Of a DNA stretch of 64,000 nt, positions 61,610 to 64,000 are shown piece after piece. Position 1 is the stretch's first letter. Every line of letters starts with the position of its first letter. This DNA is from Heterodontus francisci (Eukaryota). The notes beneath the pieces are model-generated. The model had not been told where the DNA came from, ran no database searches, and saw only the letters and a program-made list of their open reading frames with translations. The stretch spans positions 46,346,430 to 46,410,429 of the forward strand of contig NC_090399.1 in the NCBI RefSeq assembly GCF_036365525.1, read 5' to 3'. The position numbers and the translations under genes are program-made.

Positions 61610-64000
61610 TGTCTGCACCCCAATGTGAGTGAGTCGGGGTCTGTTACACAGTGTTAGTGAGTCGGACCCTGCTCCCCAGTGTGTGTGAGTCGGATCCTGT
61701 TCCTCAGTGTGTGAGTCGGGGTCTGTTCCCCAGTGTGTGTGAGTCGGGGTCTGTTACACAGTGTTAGTGAGTCGGACCCTGCTCCCCAGTGTGTGTGAGT
61801 CGGATCCTGTTCCTCAGTGTGTGAGTCGGGGGCTGTTCCCCAGTGTGTGTGAGTCGGGGTCTGTTATACAGTGTTAGTGAGTCGGACCCTGTTCCCCAGC
61901 TTGGGCGAGTTGGGATCTGTTCCCCAGTGTGAGTGAGTCGGGGTCTGTTACACAGTGTTAGTGAGTCGGACCCTGTTCCCCAGTGTGTGTGAGTCGGATC
62001 CTGTTCCCCAGTGTGTGAGTCGGGGTCTGTTCCCCAGTGTTAGTGAGTCGGACCCTGTTCCCCAGTGTGTGTGAGTCGGATCCTGTTCCTCAGTGTGTGA
62101 GTCGGGGTCTGTTCCCCAGTGTGTGTGAGTCGGATCCTGTTCCCCAGTTTGAGAGAGTCGGGGTCTGTTCCTCAGTGTGAGTGAGTCGGGGCCTGATCCC
62201 CAATGTGAGTGAGTCGGGGTCTGTTCCCCAGTGTGAGTGAGTCGGGGCCTGTTCCCCAGTGTGTGTGAGTCGGATCCTGTTCCCCAGTTTGAGAGAGTCG
62301 GGGTCTGTTCCTTATTGTGAGTGAGTCGGGGTCTGTTCCCCAGTGTATGTGAGTCGGACCCTGTTCCCCAGTTTGAGAGAGTCGGGGTCTGTTCCTCAGT
62401 GTGAGTGAGTCGGGGTCTGTTCCCCAGTGTGAGTGAGTCGGGGCCAGTTCCCCAGTTTGAGAGAGTCGGGGTCTGTTCCTCAGTGTGTGAGTCGGGGCCT
62501 GTTCCTCAGTGTGAGTGAGTCGGATCCTGTTCCCCAGTGTGAGAGAGACGGGGTCTGTTCCCCAGTGTATGTGAGTCGGACCCTGTTCCCCAGTGTGAGA
62601 GAGTCGGGGTCTGTTCCTCATTGTGAGTGAGTCGGGGTCTGTTCCCCAGTGTATGTGAGTCGGACCCTGTTCCCCAGTTTGAGAGAGTCGGGGTCTGTTC
62701 CTCAGTGTGAGTGAGTCGGGGCCTGATCCCCAATGTGAGTGAGTCGGGGTCTGTTCCCCAGTGTGAGTGAGTCGGGGCCTGTTCCCCAGTGTGTGTGAGT
62801 CGGATCCTGTTCCTCAGTGTGTGAGTCGGGGTCTGTTCCCCAGTGTGTGAGAGTCGGGGTCTGTTATACAGTGTTAGTGAGTCGGACCCTGTTCCCCAGT
62901 TTGGGCGAGTTGGGTCCGTGTCCCAGTGTGTGAGTAGGGGTCTGTTCCCCAGTGTGAGTGTCGGGGTTTGTTCCTCATTGTGAGTGAGTCGGGGTCTGTT
63001 CCCCAGTGTGAGCGAGTCGGGATCTGTTCCCCAGTGTGAGTGAGTCGGCATCTGTTCCCCAGTGTATGTGAGTCGGACCCTGTTCCCCAGTGTGAGAGAG
63101 TCGGGGTCTGTTCCTCATTGTGAGTGAGTCGGGGTCTGTTCCCCAGTGTATGTGAGTCGGGGTCTGTTATACAGTGTTAGTGAGTCGGACCCTGTTCCCC
63201 AGTTTGGGCGAGTTGGGTCCGTGCCCCAGTGTGAGTGAGTAGGGGTCTGTTCCTCAATGTGAGTGAGTCGGGGTCTGTTACACAGTGTAAGTGAGTCGGA
63301 CCCTGTTCCCCAGTGTGTGTGAGTCGGATCCTGTTGCTCAGTGTGTGAGTCGGGGTCTGTTCCCCAGTGTGTGTGAGTCGGGGTCTGTTATACAGTGTTA
63401 GTGAGTCGGACCCTGTTCCCCAGTTTGGGCGAGTTGGGTCCGTGCCCCAGTGTGAGTGTCGGGGTTTGTTCCTCATTGTGAGTGAGTCGGGGTCTGTTAT
63501 ACAGTGTGAGTGAGTCGGCATCTGTTCCCCAGTGTATGTGAGTCGGATCCTGTTCCCCAGTGTGAGAGAGTCGGGGTCTGTTCCTCATTGTGTGAGTCGG
63601 GGTCTGTTCCCCAGTGTATGTGAGTCGGACCCTGTTCCCCAGTTTGAGAGAGTCGGGGTCTGTTCCTCATTGTGAGTGAGTCGGGGTCTGTTCCCCAGTG
63701 TATGTGAGTCGGACCCTGTTCCCCAGTTTGAGAGAGTCGGGGTCTGTTCCTCAGTGTGAGTGAGTCGGGGTCTGTTCCCCAGTGTGAGTGAGTCGGGGCC
63801 AGTTCCCCAGTTTGAGAGAGTCGGGGTCTGTTCCTCAGTGTGAGTGAGTCGGGGCCTGTTCCTCAGTGTGAGTGAGTCGGATCCTGTTCCCCAGTGTGAG
63901 AGAGACGGGGTCTGTTCCTCATTGTGAGTGAGTCGGGGTCTGTTCCCCAGTGTATGTGAGTCGGACCCTGTTCCCCAGTTTGAGAGAGTCGGGGTCTGTT
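61610..64000 (-). repeat. Second array of the 28-bp satellite, inverted orientation, runs off the window
   Basis: Units GAGTCGG(GGT/ATC)CTGTTCCCCAGTGTGAGT are the reverse complement of the 18112-23931 unit; some 26-bp variants. Confidence 0.97.

Overview
Vertebrate genomic DNA, very probably a shark or other cartilaginous fish (HE1-type V-SINEs with CR1 tails, abundant CR1/HER1-like LINEs). The window is almost entirely nested transposable elements and tandem repeats, and I could not support any intact host protein-coding gene. Contents: RTE, CR1 and L2 LINE fragments; one young CR1 (45758-49233) with an esterase-type ORF1 remnant and near-intact ORF2; two Tx1-clade LINEs (37284-42190 minus, ~52356-58832 plus); a two-LTR Gmr1-like Gypsy deletion derivative (11869-17997, ATAT TSD); a second Gmr1-like Gypsy and a Mag-like Gypsy pol relic; a degenerate endogenous retrovirus with foamy/loki-like RT motifs (~34600-45643); short elements carrying a minimal hammerhead ribozyme; two oppositely oriented arrays of the same 28-bp satellite (18112-23931 and 61610-64000); and a 2.2-kb G-rich array. 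The most notable signals are (i) repeated poly(A)+target units at the Tx1 3' end, suggesting a sequence-specific Tx1 family that targets a 68-bp repeat with ~36-38-bp duplications, (ii) the spuma/loki-like ERV with an odd small secreted-type ORF at the env position, (iii) hammerhead-bearing short retroelements, (iv) an ORF1-less LINE with a tRNA-like head, and (v) the stop-free 28-bp satellite with higher-order structure. All family assignments come from motif recognition by eye; no searches were run.
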